From: Amoebidium appalachense
Taxonomy: Eukaryota > Protista > Ichthyosporea
Reading direction: 5' to 3'
DNA length: 64,000 bases
NCBI GenBank assembly: GCA_963693365.1
Contig: CAVNZM010000013.1
Coordinates: 1,823,817-1,887,816 of the forward strand
Shown here one piece after another: positions 25,447 to 40,068 of the stretch. The number at the start of each line of letters is the position of its first letter. Position 1 is the first letter of the stretch. The notes under the pieces are model-generated. The model was given only the letters and a program-made list of their open reading frames with translations. It did not search any database and was not told the origin of the DNA. The translations under genes and the position numbers were made by a program.

Positions 25447-25958
25447 GCACACACACAAGCACAAGCACAAGCACACGCACACACACTAGTTGTAGACTTA
25501 CAGACCAATGAGCATACATACACGGCATTTTTGTTTCCCACAATGCATGCCACTTGAACACCCCCTGTGTACATCATAGGGATTGGCATTCTCTAACAGC
25601 GCCCCTCGACATGTGTTCTGCTATGCAACCTAATAAGTGTTTGTAATGTAAACACTATGAAATAACATCATATAGCAGCTTGGCTGGTGCGCACATCTGT
25701 ATCTGGATTTATACACTAGAGAAAGAGCTCAAACATATCAACTGTGGTGGTTTTCTTTTTTTGTTTGTTTCTTTTTGCTTTGCTTTAAGACGGTTGTTCG
25801 TGGATACACATTATTACCAGTACAACCATGAAAGTACTCGTGCCGCATGGACCATATATCTTGTACGGTGTCCGAAAAGAAAAATGTAAGGTTACTATAA
25901 GCTATTTGATGTTTTGATAACAGAGTTTGATGACTCACCGTGACAAAACAGTTACCGT

Positions 25959-25990
<32 letters not shown>

Positions 25991-26000
25991 AGCCGTCGCC

Positions 26001-26309
<309 letters not shown>

Positions 26310-26599
26310 ACCACTGAGAACATGCCCTAGCTTTTTTTGCCTTGGAATCAACGATTTGACCCTGCACACCCAATAGTCACATTGTATTGGATCATTACCC
26401 TCCACTCTCCAGCCCGTCACTTTCATGATATTGTGCATCATATTGCCTGAGTGTTATTATTATGGCATATACATATAATGGATGCTCATCATCATTCCCG
26501 AGCCCCTAGTTATGCTGCCAGGACCGCATAATTTTGAAGTAGGGTTTAGAAGAAGGATGGGGGCCCCGGAGAGAGAAGAAAAGGGAGAGAGCGTGTGTA

Positions 26600-26998
26600 G
26601 GGCCCAACCACATCGGCAGGCTCAACTTGCAAAAGCAGAATTATTCTGCACAAAGCAGAATTATTCTGCAAAATTAGCAGAATTATTTATCTGGAGAAGC
26701 AAAATTATTCTGCAAAAGCAGAATTATTCTGCACAAAGCAGAAGCACTCTGCGTTTAGGAGAATTATTCCATAAAAAGCAGAAGAATTCTGCTTTAGACA
26801 GCAGAATAAACTTGCTCCATGGATCTCCAGGCAGAATAATTCTGTTTAGATTAATTCTGCCTTTAGCAGAATAGCCTTTGCTGAATAAATTAGCAGAATA
26901 TTTCTGCTTTTTGCCGAAAGCAGTGCTGCTTTTTTGCGAATAATTCTGCTAGCGCTCGGAGCAAGTTGGCTCAGCCGATTTGGTTCAACTTGGGCCCA
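26600..26998. mobile_element. Foldback/MITE-like element with palindromic GCAGAATTATTCTGC subrepeats
   Basis: Left end GGGCCCAA.CCACATCGGC..CAACTTGC..AGCAGAATTATTC is the inverse of the right end GAATAATTCTGCT..GCAAGTTG..GCCGATTTGG..TTGGGCCC; more than 10 internal AGCAGAAT(T)ATTCTGC motifs. Confidence 0.7.
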
Positions 26999-27173
26999 GA
27001 GTGTGTGTGTGTGTGCAGGAAGAGAGCTCTAGCGAGGAGTAGATATAGAGCGAAGGGAAAGACTCTTTCTGCAGCTAGTTGGAGTCACTGCCAGCACAGT
27101 GATGGGAACCCGGGGGAAGGAAGCCCGGCTTAGGCCAGAGAGAGAAGTGAGAAGGAGAGGAGAGAGGGGCGAG

Positions 27174-27207
<34 letters not shown>

Positions 27208-27308
27208 GGGGGGAGAGGGGGGGGGGGGGGAGAGGGGGAGGGGAGAGGGGGGGGGGGGAGTCTATCTATAGAGAGAGAGAAAAAGGAAAAGAGAGAGGGG
27301 GGGGGGGG

Positions 27309-27493
<185 letters not shown>

Positions 27494-27936
27494 AGATCTC
27501 CTCCATTCGAGAGGATCCTCGAGAATCAGAGAGGTCTCTACTAATATAATTATTGCTACGGCTCCTGCCCCCCAACCTTACTAGCCCAAGCACATGTTAA
27601 AACCCAATATGGCCGCTGCACTGAACGAATTTTCTGATGACTACGCATGTATGTACTTACGGGACTAGTGCTGACATCATCATGGTTGATGCGCACTGTC
27701 ATGATCGAGATGTCAAGACGATCCAGCCGCAGATCTGTTCAAATTGCTGCCTGAGCTGTGATGTATACCTATGATGCATAAAAGGCACGTTTTCGAAACG
27801 TCGCCTTGAAGCATGTAGATACAGTTGTATGCATGCATGCTGCCTCTGGTAAGTATAAGGGTTTGCACTTGTTGTCCGATGGTTAGATGGTCCGAATAGG
27901 TCGCTTACGTGTTTTTTCATCGGAAGTACGCAGCCA

Positions 27937-28488
27937 TGGGGGTGGTGACTTGACTCCGAGTCGCGACTTGAAGTCACGAAAGCTCGTGACTTGAGTCAAG
28001 TCAAGTCAGGCAACCAGGCGTGACTCGGGGGTGACTTGTGAGGAAGGGGGCCCCGGGGGGGGGGGGGGGGGGGGGGAGGGCGCCGGGCTCGTTGTCACTC
28101 ATGGGGAAGGGTGGGGAGGGGGGTAACCAGAGAAGGGGGGGGGGGGGGTGCAAAGGGGGGGAGGGGGCTCGGAGGGCTCACGGGGGGTGCGCTCCCCCCC
28201 CCCCCCCCCCCCCCCCCCCCACCACACACACACACACACACCCCATGCCAAAAAGTCCTTAACCCTCCCCCCTCCTCCCCCCCCCTTCTCCCCGCGCGCC
28301 CACCGGGCCCCGGCGAATGGACCTTGACTTGAGGCAGTGGAGTCGCGACTTGAGACCCTATGACTCAAGTCGCGACTTCAGGTGACTTGTTACTAATTTT
28401 AGTAAACTTGAGTCATAGGGTCTCAAGTCGCGACTCCAAGTCAAGTCAAGTCACATGCCCCCGCTTTCAATTATAATTAAAAGTCAAG
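27937..28488. mobile_element. hAT-like MITE with GACTTGA/TCAAGTC subterminal repeats
   Basis: Inverted ends GGGGGTGGTGACTTGACT (27938) / AGTCAAGTCACATGCCCCC (to 28462); many GACTTG and AGTCGCGACT motifs at both ends; flanked by 11-bp direct repeat GTACGCAGCCA at 27926-27936 and 28489-28499. Confidence 0.7.
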
Positions 28489-29249
28489 GTACGCAGCCAG
28501 CAAGAATTAAGCAAACCAATGAAATGAGCGGATCTTAGATGACAGCGATGAACTTCCCGTTTAACTATTGGTTGGCTAGAGGTTTGCAAAATCATTATCA
28601 TCTCTCTCTTGTACCGGCCGAATCCGGATTCCGGAGGGGCATTAAAACTGACTCCATTTTCAGCAGAACAGACGGACCTCACAACATCTTATATAAATTT
28701 TTAAGAGATTTTCTGGACTTTCTTATTTTCCCCAAAAAAAAATCATGAATTTAATACTAATACTGTGATGCGACGCTATTCTCTGCCAGGCTCTTTTGCC
28801 GTCCTGGCGAAAACGGTCATCCGGTGCAATCTTTTACCCCCATCACTCAGGCATCTACCTTTTAAACTTCACCGTTTTGAAATGCTGAGCGCACCGTCTC
28901 GGACTTGCACACTGTCATTCAAGGGCCCAGGTATAAAAACACTCACCGTATAGGGGTATATTATTTCTCTGTTCTCTATAGGTCCACTTTCTGTAAAGGT
29001 GCACGGAAAGCTGTACATATGTAGCTCGTTTCCCCACCAACCGACTTTCACTACAAGGCTCTTCACGCTAGACCGACCCATTCTTCCCAAACAGTTCATC
29101 TTGCATTTTTTCTTGTGTGGTGGTTGCAAAAGAGTTTGTTTTGCCGCCTAACTTCGAGGAACTCTCAGCTCTTTTGTTCTTAAGACTTCAAATTATATAC
29201 CTTGAGACCAGCTCGCTTTTTTTTTCGTTTCGTCTTTTTGAACGACAAA

Positions 29250-29525
29250 ATGGGGATTTCACCAGGTTTTGGGTCTTTCCTGTCCTTTGCGGCTGGTGTG
29301 CTTGCTATCGCCGCATTGGTCTCGAGTAGCTGGATAAGCTCCGCCTACCAGGGCTCAGAGTGAGTCTTTCTCCCCCCTCCCCCCCCCCCCCCCCCCCCCT
29401 CTCGCCCCCTCCCCCCCCTCCCGCCACTTCTCCCCTGGTCAGTTAGAAGAGATGGCGGGAAGTAGTTTGGAGGTGGGGGAGGGAGGGGGAGGGGGGGGGG
29501 GGGAGGGAGAGAGGGGGTGGAGAGT

Positions 29526-29572
<47 letters not shown>

Positions 29573-30594
29573 TTGTGTGTAATTGTGAGTTGGTTTTTGG
29601 GGTCAGGTGTGGGGGGGTGAAGGGGGAGGGGGGGAGAAGGGGGGGTAAAGGGCATGGTTACTCTAAAACCCTATCTGTTTTTGCTTCATGGTAATGATGT
29701 TCTCACAAATATGTGCTCACAAAGCTCTGCTGGTATAACCTGTGGGGTGGAGGTGAGAAGGAGGCGGAGGGAGGATCCTCTCCAAAAGCTTAAGCACCAC
29801 CGGTGACGTAGATATTAATGCAGGCATGTTGCTCTTGAACTTATGAACTCTCTTGCGCGCACTTGCGCCTGCACGTTGAACTGCACTGTAGACCCCTCGC
29901 GACGAGTTGTTTCTGCACGCGCACGACACACAAACACACACATACGCACTACCGACCAAATTCTTGACATACCAGGATATCTCTGGTTTCTCAGCACAAT
30001 TCTATGTTGGTTTCTCAGCGCCTTTCTATATATTGATTCGATTTGCACAATTTTTTCCCCAACAGCTATTCCTTTGGTGTGTCTCGCGCGTGCGTCAGTG
30101 TAAACGGCGAGGAGGCCTGCAACTTTTATTTCGTGTCGGTGAAATTCATCGCCGAGCAACCTTGGGGATGGCCTAGCACAGCATGGCAAACAGCCATGTT
30201 CCTCATGTTTTTCGGCCTTGCATGTTCCGTCGTCTCTTGGATCGTCGGCACCATTGCCTCATGCATGTTGTGTTTCTGCTGCGTGAGCATCCCCCTTAGC
30301 GCCATTTCCGCTGTTTTCGCCCTTGGCGCGACTGCGCTCTACACAGGAAGCATTTGCATGTTCTGTTCAGCGGCTCAGTTGCCCATGTGGAACATGTTTG
30401 CAAAGGGGGGAGATGCATCTCCTGTGTGTGGTACCACTGCGGCGAGCTACAATTTCGGTGTTTGTGACCCCCGATGGGGGTTCTATGTGGCAATTTCGGC
30501 GGCGGCGTGTTCTCTCGTTTCGTTCATTGCGTTCTTCCCTACTTTCTGTAGCTCCCCTAAGCCCAGTAGCAAGCTGGGGCACGGTTATGCCTAG
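29250..30594 (+). CDS. LHFPL (lipoma HMGIC fusion partner-like) tetraspan membrane protein, claudin superfamily; 2 exons
   Basis: Exon 1 29250-29359 (MGISPGFGSFLSFAAGVLAIAALVSSSWI..., GTGAGT donor) splices in phase 2 to exon 2 30066-30594 (SFGVSRAC...WPSTAWQ...CGTTAASYNFGVCDPRWGFYVAI). The W..FG..R.C, PS.AWQ and CG...Y..G.C...W..Y.AI motifs are typical of the LHFP family. Confidence 0.85.
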
Positions 30595-31263
30595 AAAGGG
30601 TTTTTTACGGCTTTTACAGACAATTCGGTGTTTATTATTTTTTTTTTTATTCGAGAGAAATTTCAGGAATTACGGGTGCGGGTCTTGTCATTTTTAGGGG
30701 CATGATTCTTTTTTTACAAGTAAAACACCCAGCGTCAACGATATATATATATATACTGTAGTGAGAGAGGGTTAAATCAACTCGGTTTGGATCGTGTATA
30801 TTTGTGCTACTATGTTGCGCTACTGCATTAGTTATTTGCGGTCGAAAGCACGTGCAATATCAGTGGAAGTTGGTCAGGCGGCTTTGCCCCGTGCACGGCA
30901 TGTGCATGGGATGAAAAGCAACGCTCCCTAGATCACTCAAAAGACTGCTATATGACGAAATGATGATTGGTGTATTTCTATTAAATCAATAAACTATGGT
31001 GTTCTTCCAGGAGGTTCGAGTTGCCGGAAACTGACTTGCATTGCACAATAAGTGGACGTATATACGAAAAGTTGGTGTTAGTTTTATACTGATCAGTTTT
31101 ATCCTGATTTATGCACATGCATGCGCGCATGCGCACGCGCACTCATACTCACACACTTGCATAACTCAACACATGGGTACGCGCGCACACACAAGCACAA
31201 ACACGCATACATGCGAGCGCGCGCGCGCGCACACACACGCACACACACGCACACACACACGCA

Positions 31264-31308
<45 letters not shown>

Positions 31309-31429
31309 AAACACACACACACACACACACATGGCGCGCACGCGCACACGAGGAGGCACTGCGGTGACCACTGAAATGCAAGTTATGCATTTGAAAGAAC
31401 TAATGCCTGGACAAGCCCCCCCCCCCCCC

Positions 31430-31468
<39 letters not shown>

Positions 31469-31600
31469 AAAAGAAAAAAAAAAAAAAAAAAAAGGAAGAT
31501 AGAAAAAAAAGAATGAAAAGACAAGAAAAGCTCACCACACTCACCGCACACAGATGGGGGAATGGTTGTGGAGTGTGTGTGTGTGTTTGTGTGTGTGTGT

Positions 31601-31636
<36 letters not shown>

Positions 31637-32113
31637 AGATACATATTCTCCCGAAGATATCTTTTTTTTTTTTTTTTTTTTTGGGTTTGTTGGACTGTGT
31701 TGTGACTTCTTGTGTGCATGCGCCGCTGGTGCTTCATGTGCTTTTCTCTTGAGTGGATGTAGGGTTATCCCCTCCCAAGGGGGTTCCGCCAAAATGGAAC
31801 AATCGGCTTTTCCTACTTTTTTTTTTTAGCTTATTTAATCCTCTTTTTTTTTTGGTTGGTTTTTTTTTTTAAAAGGTTCTTAGATCCCCTTTTCCTTTCT
31901 CTTCTTCTTCTTCTTCTTCTTCTTCTTTTTATTCTTTAGATGATGTCTTGTCCAAAGGAGAACGTTTGAGCTGTGTTCACTGTGATACTCTACCGTTGAC
32001 TAAGGCTCTGGTGGTGGAGACCGTGGTAGTGGTTTTGATGACCTGTTTGCGTGTATGTGTGTGTGGGGAGGGGGGGGGGGGGGGGGGGGGGTTGATTGGC
32101 GGAAGGGGGAGGT

Positions 32114-32150
<37 letters not shown>

Positions 32151-32816
32151 TGGTGCCCAAATATAGGAAGGATGATTTTCTGTTCACAGTAGGAACAGCC
32201 TTTGTGAGGCAATTACACCGAATCATACTAGATGTCATATAAATAACAATAAAAGTAATAAAGATTGAAAGAACTGCACAAAGAAAAGTGAATTGGCAAA
32301 CTTAAATGTCTTCAGCTGCGAATAAGAGGGATCACCCAGTGGGCTGGATTTGTGCTTCCACACTGCGCTCTCTCCCGTTGCAGATATGGCTCTGCACTGT
32401 GTGCATGGGCAGGTCACTCATTTGATTATCAAGGAAACCTAACTTCTATGCCGTCATGGTTTTTTTGTCGTTTGATTGTGGGACAAAAAAAAATCGATAA
32501 GGACTAAGTCTTGATCGACCATTTTCTGCACATGGTAACTTGACAGTATTAAAGATTTACCCCCCCTGTTTTAACATGTGTTCTGGAATATGCATGTAGT
32601 TGTGTCGTGATATTTCTATTTCTGACAGTAGATTTGACAAGCATTTCCAATCAGATTCTGCCCGAGATCGTGTGAACACACAAACATTATATTTGACTCG
32701 CAGAAAGGCAACGGTTACCGTTACCCTGTTACCCATACTATCAAACTATGCCCCCTCCCCCCCCCCCCCCCCCCCCCCCCCTCTCACCCTTCCAACTCCC
32801 CCCCCCCCTCCCCCCC

Positions 32817-32866
<50 letters not shown>

Positions 32867-33186
32867 AGCTCTCCCCAAAACCAAAACAACAGCACACACA
32901 TACCGTGACATAATGCACGCAGGCTCGCAGGCACTCGCACACATGCGCCGGCTTGGGGGGGGAGGGGGGGGGGGGGGGAGGGGGGGGAGGGGGGGAGGGG
33001 GGGGGAGGGGGAGGGGGGTGGGAGGGGGGAGGGGGAGGAGGGGGGGGGGAGGGGCGGGGGGGGGTATTGGGCTCGGGGTACCGGGTAGGCTATGTGTGCG
33101 GGGTTCACGCGTGCGTGTATGATGAATTTGTGTATGTGTGCGTTTAACTTAAAGTATTCTGGGACCCCCGTGTGTCTGAGGCCCCC

Positions 33187-33234
<48 letters not shown>

Positions 33235-33333
33235 GGGGGGGGGGGGACGGGGTGGTGAGGAAAGATTGGAGATGGGGTTTTGGGGTGAAGGCTCACATAC
33301 ATGAGTCCATCCACACCCACCCACCCACCCACC

Positions 33334-33379
<46 letters not shown>

Positions 33380-33382
33380 GTG

Positions 33383-33414
<32 letters not shown>

Positions 33415-33455
33415 CCGCACCCGCACGCGCAAACGCACACGCACCCACACACACA

Positions 33456-33499
<44 letters not shown>

Positions 33500-33543
33500 G
33501 ACACACACACACACACCGTGACACACACACACACACACCGTGA

Positions 33544-33585
<42 letters not shown>

Positions 33586-34199
33586 CACATATAACTCACT
33601 GTGCGCGTGCGCGCGTGTGTGCGTGTGCATATCTGAAAATCTGAAAGCTTGTGCGTGTGCGTGTTATCTGAAACTTTTTTTTATTTCTTCTGCAATTTAC
33701 ATGAGGGTGACCTTTTGACCCAACAGACCCCGTCGGTGTTGACGATCTGCCAGTCTTTGGCTGAAATTTCTCCTCCAAAGAATCATTACTTGCTCTATTA
33801 ATATATATTAAACAAGTGCAGATTCTGAACGGACTTTGCACTGTCTGCATAGGCAGGTCACCCGAATGGCTAACACAAAAACCTTGTTTTGTAAGCAGTA
33901 CAGTTTTCTGGCGAATGATTGTGGGACAGGACTCGTGTGCTCGTGCCGTGAAGAACATCTTGACGGGATTTGCTCCCACCACGTGCACGATGGCATGTCA
34001 GAATTCAGACACACCCTTAAGCTAGCAGTTATCTTGTGTTTTTGTCCTTTAGTAGTTCAGTTTCTGTAACAGTATGCGCAGATTCAGTAATATTCTTTGG
34101 TCATGCGAAGCAGGGCATAAGAACTCACAGAGAGACCAACGTTTTGTATCACTTCATTAGTCAACCTCCTCCCCCCCCCCCCCCCCCCCTCCTTCTCAA

Positions 34200-34243
<44 letters not shown>

Positions 34244-34373
34244 CGGGCAGGCTAAAGATTTGAGCACACATATTATTTATTACACATGACCCACACGTGT
34301 GCATACACACACACCAACCATTTTCGACCCATCCATCTCCACTTCCCCCCTTCCCCCCCTCACCCCTCCCCCC

Positions 34374-34404
<31 letters not shown>

Positions 34405-34470
34405 AAAAAAAAAAAAAGGAAAAGGAAAACATACGAAAACACACACTGGCACATGTACACAGTGTCACGT

Positions 34471-34538
<68 letters not shown>

Positions 34539-35916
34539 GTGACACACACACACACACGCGATACATTTACACACACACGCACACACACACACACAAACAC
34601 ACGCACACGCACACACACGCACGCACACGCACGCACGCACGCACGAACACACTGGCACACCAAAAAAAAAAACGTCAGTGCCACGAAGTTGAATACGATC
34701 GTGTGCAAGCACACATTCTCCCCCTCCCACCCCACCCCCACCCCCCATCCCCACCCATCCACCTTTCCGTGACCGATTCAAAAGCCCATGGCCACGGTGG
34801 TATAGCATGCAGTATTTGACTTTTGATTTTGATTCATCATGTGCACAATTCGACACATAACTTCTTCCAATTGACACTTTCTACTTGTACCCCCCCCCCC
34901 GCACCCACCCACCCACCCACCCACCTTCTCCTCCCCCTCCCCCCCTCCCCCCTTCCCCTTCCCTCTCCTCCCCCTCTCTTCCCTTCCTTCTCTCCCCTAC
35001 CCCTAGCTACCCCTTTTCTGACCGCTTCATGCATTGTGGTATATTTGGCTTTTCATAGCCTGTACATATCGACCCTTCAAGGCTTATAAATCCCCCCCCC
35101 CCCCCCCCCCCCCCCTTTCCCCCCCTTCTCCCCTTCCCCTTCCCCCCCCTCCCCCCCTTGTCCCCTCTGTCCCCTTCGTCCCCTCTTCGCCCCCTCCCCC
35201 TCCCCCATCCCCTTCCACCCCTTTGCCCCCCTCCCCCCCCCCCTCTTCCCACCCCCCCCCCCTCCCCCCTCCCCCCCCCCCCCCCCCCCCCCCCCCCCCG
35301 CCCGCGCCCACCACCACCACCACTCCCTTTGAACCCAAACCCATGGCCACCCCACCTACCCCCTGCCTTCCCTATCGGGGTTTTAGCCCTTATCCAACAC
35401 TCACACTCTGTTATGCATGTCCCGTTCTTCAAGCAAATAGTAAATCGTACACTTGTGTACTCCACTCCCTCCACCCAATATCCCCTTCCTTTGCCCAACA
35501 ACCGTTCTTAATATCATTACTAAATATAAAAGTTTGCCTGGGGCCCGGGGTTACCTTAGCCAAGTGAAGACGTAGCCTCTGTAAGGTAGAAATGGATAGA
35601 CGCTTCAAACAAGAATCAAGAAAAGAACAGAAAAGAGGAAGGAAAGGAAGAAAGACAAAAAGAAAGAAAGAAATGAGAAAAACATTTCTTTAGCTGCATT
35701 GATAGGGGTGACCTTGGTGCCGGATTTGTAATGCCGAGCTCTGCATGGCTTTCCCTATCCATACCATTTGACCTGGCATTCGAGTTGTGCAGCAGACACT
35801 GTCGGACTCTGCACTGTGTGCATGGGCAGGTCACCTTGAAATGACTTCCACCGAAACCTTTTGCTTATGACAGCTACAGATTTCTGTTGGTTGATGGTGG
35901 GACAGAATTTCGGGAT

Positions 35917-36171
35917 GCGGGTGGGGACCCAGCCAAGCTGCAGCAGCCACCTATGCACATGCTGCTTTGTGACCACTAAAAAAAAAAACAAAAAAAACAA
36001 AAAAAAAAAAACAAAAAAAAACGGTGCTTTACACCCATCACCCGTTCAACGACTCTTGCTTATGGCTATATGTTCCCAACTAGAATGGCTTAGATGGCCC
36101 AAGTTTGGACTTATTGATGTTTACAAAAGTGTGTAGTTGGGAAAATCTAGGGAGGGTGGTTACAGCTACCT
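35917..36171 (+). repeat. ~250-bp dispersed duplicate, copy 1
   Basis: GCGGGTGGGGACCCAGCCAA...GGTTACAGCTACCT nearly identical to 39539-39783. Confidence 0.9.
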
Positions 36172-37443
36172 AACGCTGGTTGGGAGTTACCATCCACGAC
36201 ATTGCAGATGTGTCTCTGCAATGCGTGTACGTGCAGGCCACCCAAATGGCTTGCACCGAAACTTAATCCTTACGTCTATAACATTTTTCTGTTTTTTGAT
36301 TGTGGGACAGAGAAGTGCCCAGAAGGCTTTGATCGGTAAACCTTTTTCTGTGGGCCATTAATTTTATAAAGATTCAAGTGGCACGATCAGCTGTACCAAC
36401 GCCACCTAAAAACGTGTGCCACTAGAATTTATGATTGTACATGTAACATACACGTACAGCACAGCTTCCGTGAGAGCATACATAGACTAGGCGAATTGAA
36501 TTGAATACTCGCAACCTACTTGCATCGTGCAAAGACCGAGGCGTTAGCGAAGTTATTCTTTCAATCACTTACCCCCCCCCCCCCCCCCCCCCCCTACCTT
36601 CCTGCTTTGGAAAGCAAGAAAAAGTAACCCCCCCCCCCCCCCCCCCTCCCTTTCCCCCGTAGCCTCCCATCCCCAATCCCCAAATTTCTTTCCCCCCCCC
36701 CCCCCCCCTCCCCCCCTCCTCCCCCCCTCCCCCTCTCCCAACCTGAGTCCCTCCCACCAGGCTGGGCGCCCCCACATATCTGCAGTTTGAGCTTTTACCA
36801 AGACAAAATCCTTGACCTTGAGAGGAAGATAGAGGGATTTAAGCTGACGTATACATGGAGTGACCTTTGAGCCCACCAACTGGGACTTTTGCGCTGCCAA
36901 TCGTTCAACGTAGCATTTCCCATCGATAGCCTGGCTTGGGGCCATGCTTGGCCGGAAAGGCTTACAGACGCTTGCAGATTTGACTCTGCATTGTGTGCAT
37001 GGGCAGGCCACCCGAATTCGCTCTCCGAAACCTAACCCTTATGCCAAGTACCGTTTTCTATTGTTTGATTGTGGGACAAAAACATGCACGCTGTGAAGAA
37101 AATGATCAATGATTCTTCTGTATTCAACATGCTACAACAGGCTAGCCCCTAGTTTCGTCGTGGAAATACAGTCTCTGACAGTAGAATCGGCAAACATTAA
37201 TGTTCTCAGATTGCAATTGTGCGGATACCCACAAAAAGGCGACTGTTACCCATGCTCTCCATTTACATCTTACCCAAACAGCCCCCGTCCCCCTCCTCCC
37301 CCCCCCCCCCCCCCCTCCTAACACAGCAGTCTAAAAAAATGCCCACATAAGAGGTCTAAAAAAATGCCCACATACAAGTGCAGTCTAAAAAAAAAATGCC
37401 CACATACATACCAGCGCAGTCCACACACACACACAGGCAAACA

Positions 37444-37474
<31 letters not shown>

Positions 37475-37969
37475 GCGTGCACCCTCTCCCTCCCTCCCCC
37501 CCCCCCCCCCCCCCCCCCCCCCCACGCACACACACCCTGCGCGCATGGCACACACACACGCACACACGCAGACACACACTGTACTACACCCCACTTAATG
37601 TCATGTGCCCTACTACTAGACTTGTAATTGTGAGACAGGGTTAGGATAAATGTAAGATTTTTCGAATATAAAATTCTAACGCTAGGAGTTGTGGAAAATC
37701 TAATATTCCAGCTGGGTACTGGGCCCAGATTGCACAAATGAAAATCAAGATTTTTCAAGATTTTTCCTTTTTGTTCTTGTGCCCCACCCCTCATCCCCCA
37801 TCCTCAAAATTCTATCCCGTGACTTCGAATCCCCCCCCCCCCAAGCAAGTCTTAGACACCCCTTCATCTACACGTACATACATGGGGATAAACCCGGAGT
37901 CAAACCCGGCTGGTTTGGCCATTTGTGCTGCCAGTCGTGTTGGTACCGTGCTAAAGGAGTTTTCCTAAG

Positions 37970-38057
37970 AGGGGTCGCCTGCAACCAGTATATATATCAT
38001 CATAATTTAAATACTAGTATATATATTTATGTGACTACCGGTTGTGGGGGACCCCTC
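37970..38057. mobile_element. Miniature inverted-repeat element (~90 bp)
   Basis: AGGGGTCGCCTGCAACC at the left versus GGTTGTGGGGGACCCCT at the right, enclosing an AT-rich core. Confidence 0.45.
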
Positions 38058-38861
38058 TGGGGTCCCAGGGACTGGTCAGAGCCAAGTCCTAGTACTGAAC
38101 GACGGTCACTTACAGTGCAGTAGCTTCAACCTCTGTGAGGCTTGATATAAAACGAGATTGAAGTCATGAAAAAAAGTCTAATGGGGAAACTTTCAAAGAA
38201 AAAGCAGGAAAGAAAAAACGATTTGAGAAGGAAGGAAAGAAGGAAAGAACTTCGGAAAGAAAGAAAAAAGGAAAGTAAAATACAGGTGAATGTTTTCAGC
38301 TTCATAATTGGGGGTGGCCATTGGGCCCAACCATCAGTGGAGTTTGGATCTGTGCTTAAAATCATTGACCACACATGTCCTGCTGCAGACATTATGACTC
38401 TGCACTGTGTGCATGGGGCAGGTCACCCAAATGACTTGCACGGAAACTTAATGCTTATAACCGCAACAATTTTCTCCTTCGATTGTGGGACAGAACTTCG
38501 TTTCCAGACGGATTTCATTTTCGTCATGCCAGAACAAGTTTCTGTGGCTTTAGGCTCGCCAAATTCAATGAAACATTCACAAGCTCATTGCGATCGCGCA
38601 AACACACAAATGTTAGACTCACAGGAAGGAAACAGTTACCCATTCTATCAGTTTATGGCTCTCTGATCCCTCAGAGTCTGCCCTTTCCTCCCCCCCTACC
38701 CCCTCTCCACGGGAATGGCAAGCACACATGAAAGCGCCATGCACGCACACAAACACACACAAACATGCACCTGCACCCTCGCAGGCGCGTGTGGGCGCGC
38801 ACACACACACCAACAGCCACACCCACACCCACCCACCCACCCATCCACCCACCCACCCACC

Positions 38862-38924
<63 letters not shown>

Positions 38925-38966
38925 ACACAAATGCGCGCCCACACACACACACACACACGCACACAC

Positions 38967-39018
<52 letters not shown>

Positions 39019-39129
39019 ACAGACAGCTGCAGACACAGCGCGCGCGCACCCAACCATACATACATGTGCACAAACTTCCGCAGACGCACACACGCGCGCA
39101 CAACATCCCCCACCCCCGGCCGAAAGTGC

Positions 39130-39160
<31 letters not shown>

Positions 39161-39246
39161 AAAAAAGAAAAAAGAAAACACACACACACACACACGTGTG
39201 CGTGCACTCACATACACACACACACGCACGCACACACACACACACA

Positions 39247-39285
<39 letters not shown>

Positions 39286-39464
39286 ATGAACACACAAACA
39301 CACACACATACACACACACAGCGCGCTACCAATCCACACATACACGTGCACACACTTCTGCACACGCACACGCGCGCACACCATCCGCCTTAAGCCCCCT
39401 CCCCCTCCCCTTCCCCCCCCCCCCCCCGCCTTAAGCCCCCTCCCCTCCCCCTTCCCCCCCCCCC

Positions 39465-39495
<31 letters not shown>

Positions 39496-39538
39496 ACACA
39501 CACCCAAACACACACACCATGAAATCATTCATACACTG

Positions 39539-39783
39539 GCGGGTGGGGACCCAGCCAACTTGCAGCAGCCAGCTATGCACATGCTGCTTTGTGACCACTA
39601 AAACAAAAGAAAAAGAAAAAAGACAAAAGAAAACGGTGCTTTACACCCATCACCCGTTCAACGACTCTTGCTTATGGCTATATATTCCCAACGAGAATGG
39701 CTTAGATGGCCCAAGTTTGTACTTATTGATGTTTAGAAAAGTGTGTAGTTGGGAAAATCTAGGGAGGGTGGTTACAGCTACCT
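39539..39783 (+). repeat. ~250-bp dispersed duplicate, copy 2
   Basis: Near-identical to 35917-36171. Confidence 0.9.
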
Positions 39784-40068
39784 TTATTACTTGATTCGTG
39801 TCACGCTAAAGTTATTTTGCCCAGTGATATAGATAGACAGAGCATATAGAGAGAGCCATTTGATAAGTAACCTACTGGAAAGGTGGTCTTTTAGAATCTA
39901 GACAGCAGGAGGTAAAACGGGAAAAAAAAAAGGAAGAAAAAGAAAAAAAAAATTTCAGCTGCATACTTGGGGGTGACCCTCAAACCCAATAGTTTTGCTT
40001 TCTGCTGCCATTCGTTGTTGGCTGGGAGCCTGAAGTTCCCATCGATACACTGAATGCAGATGTAACTC

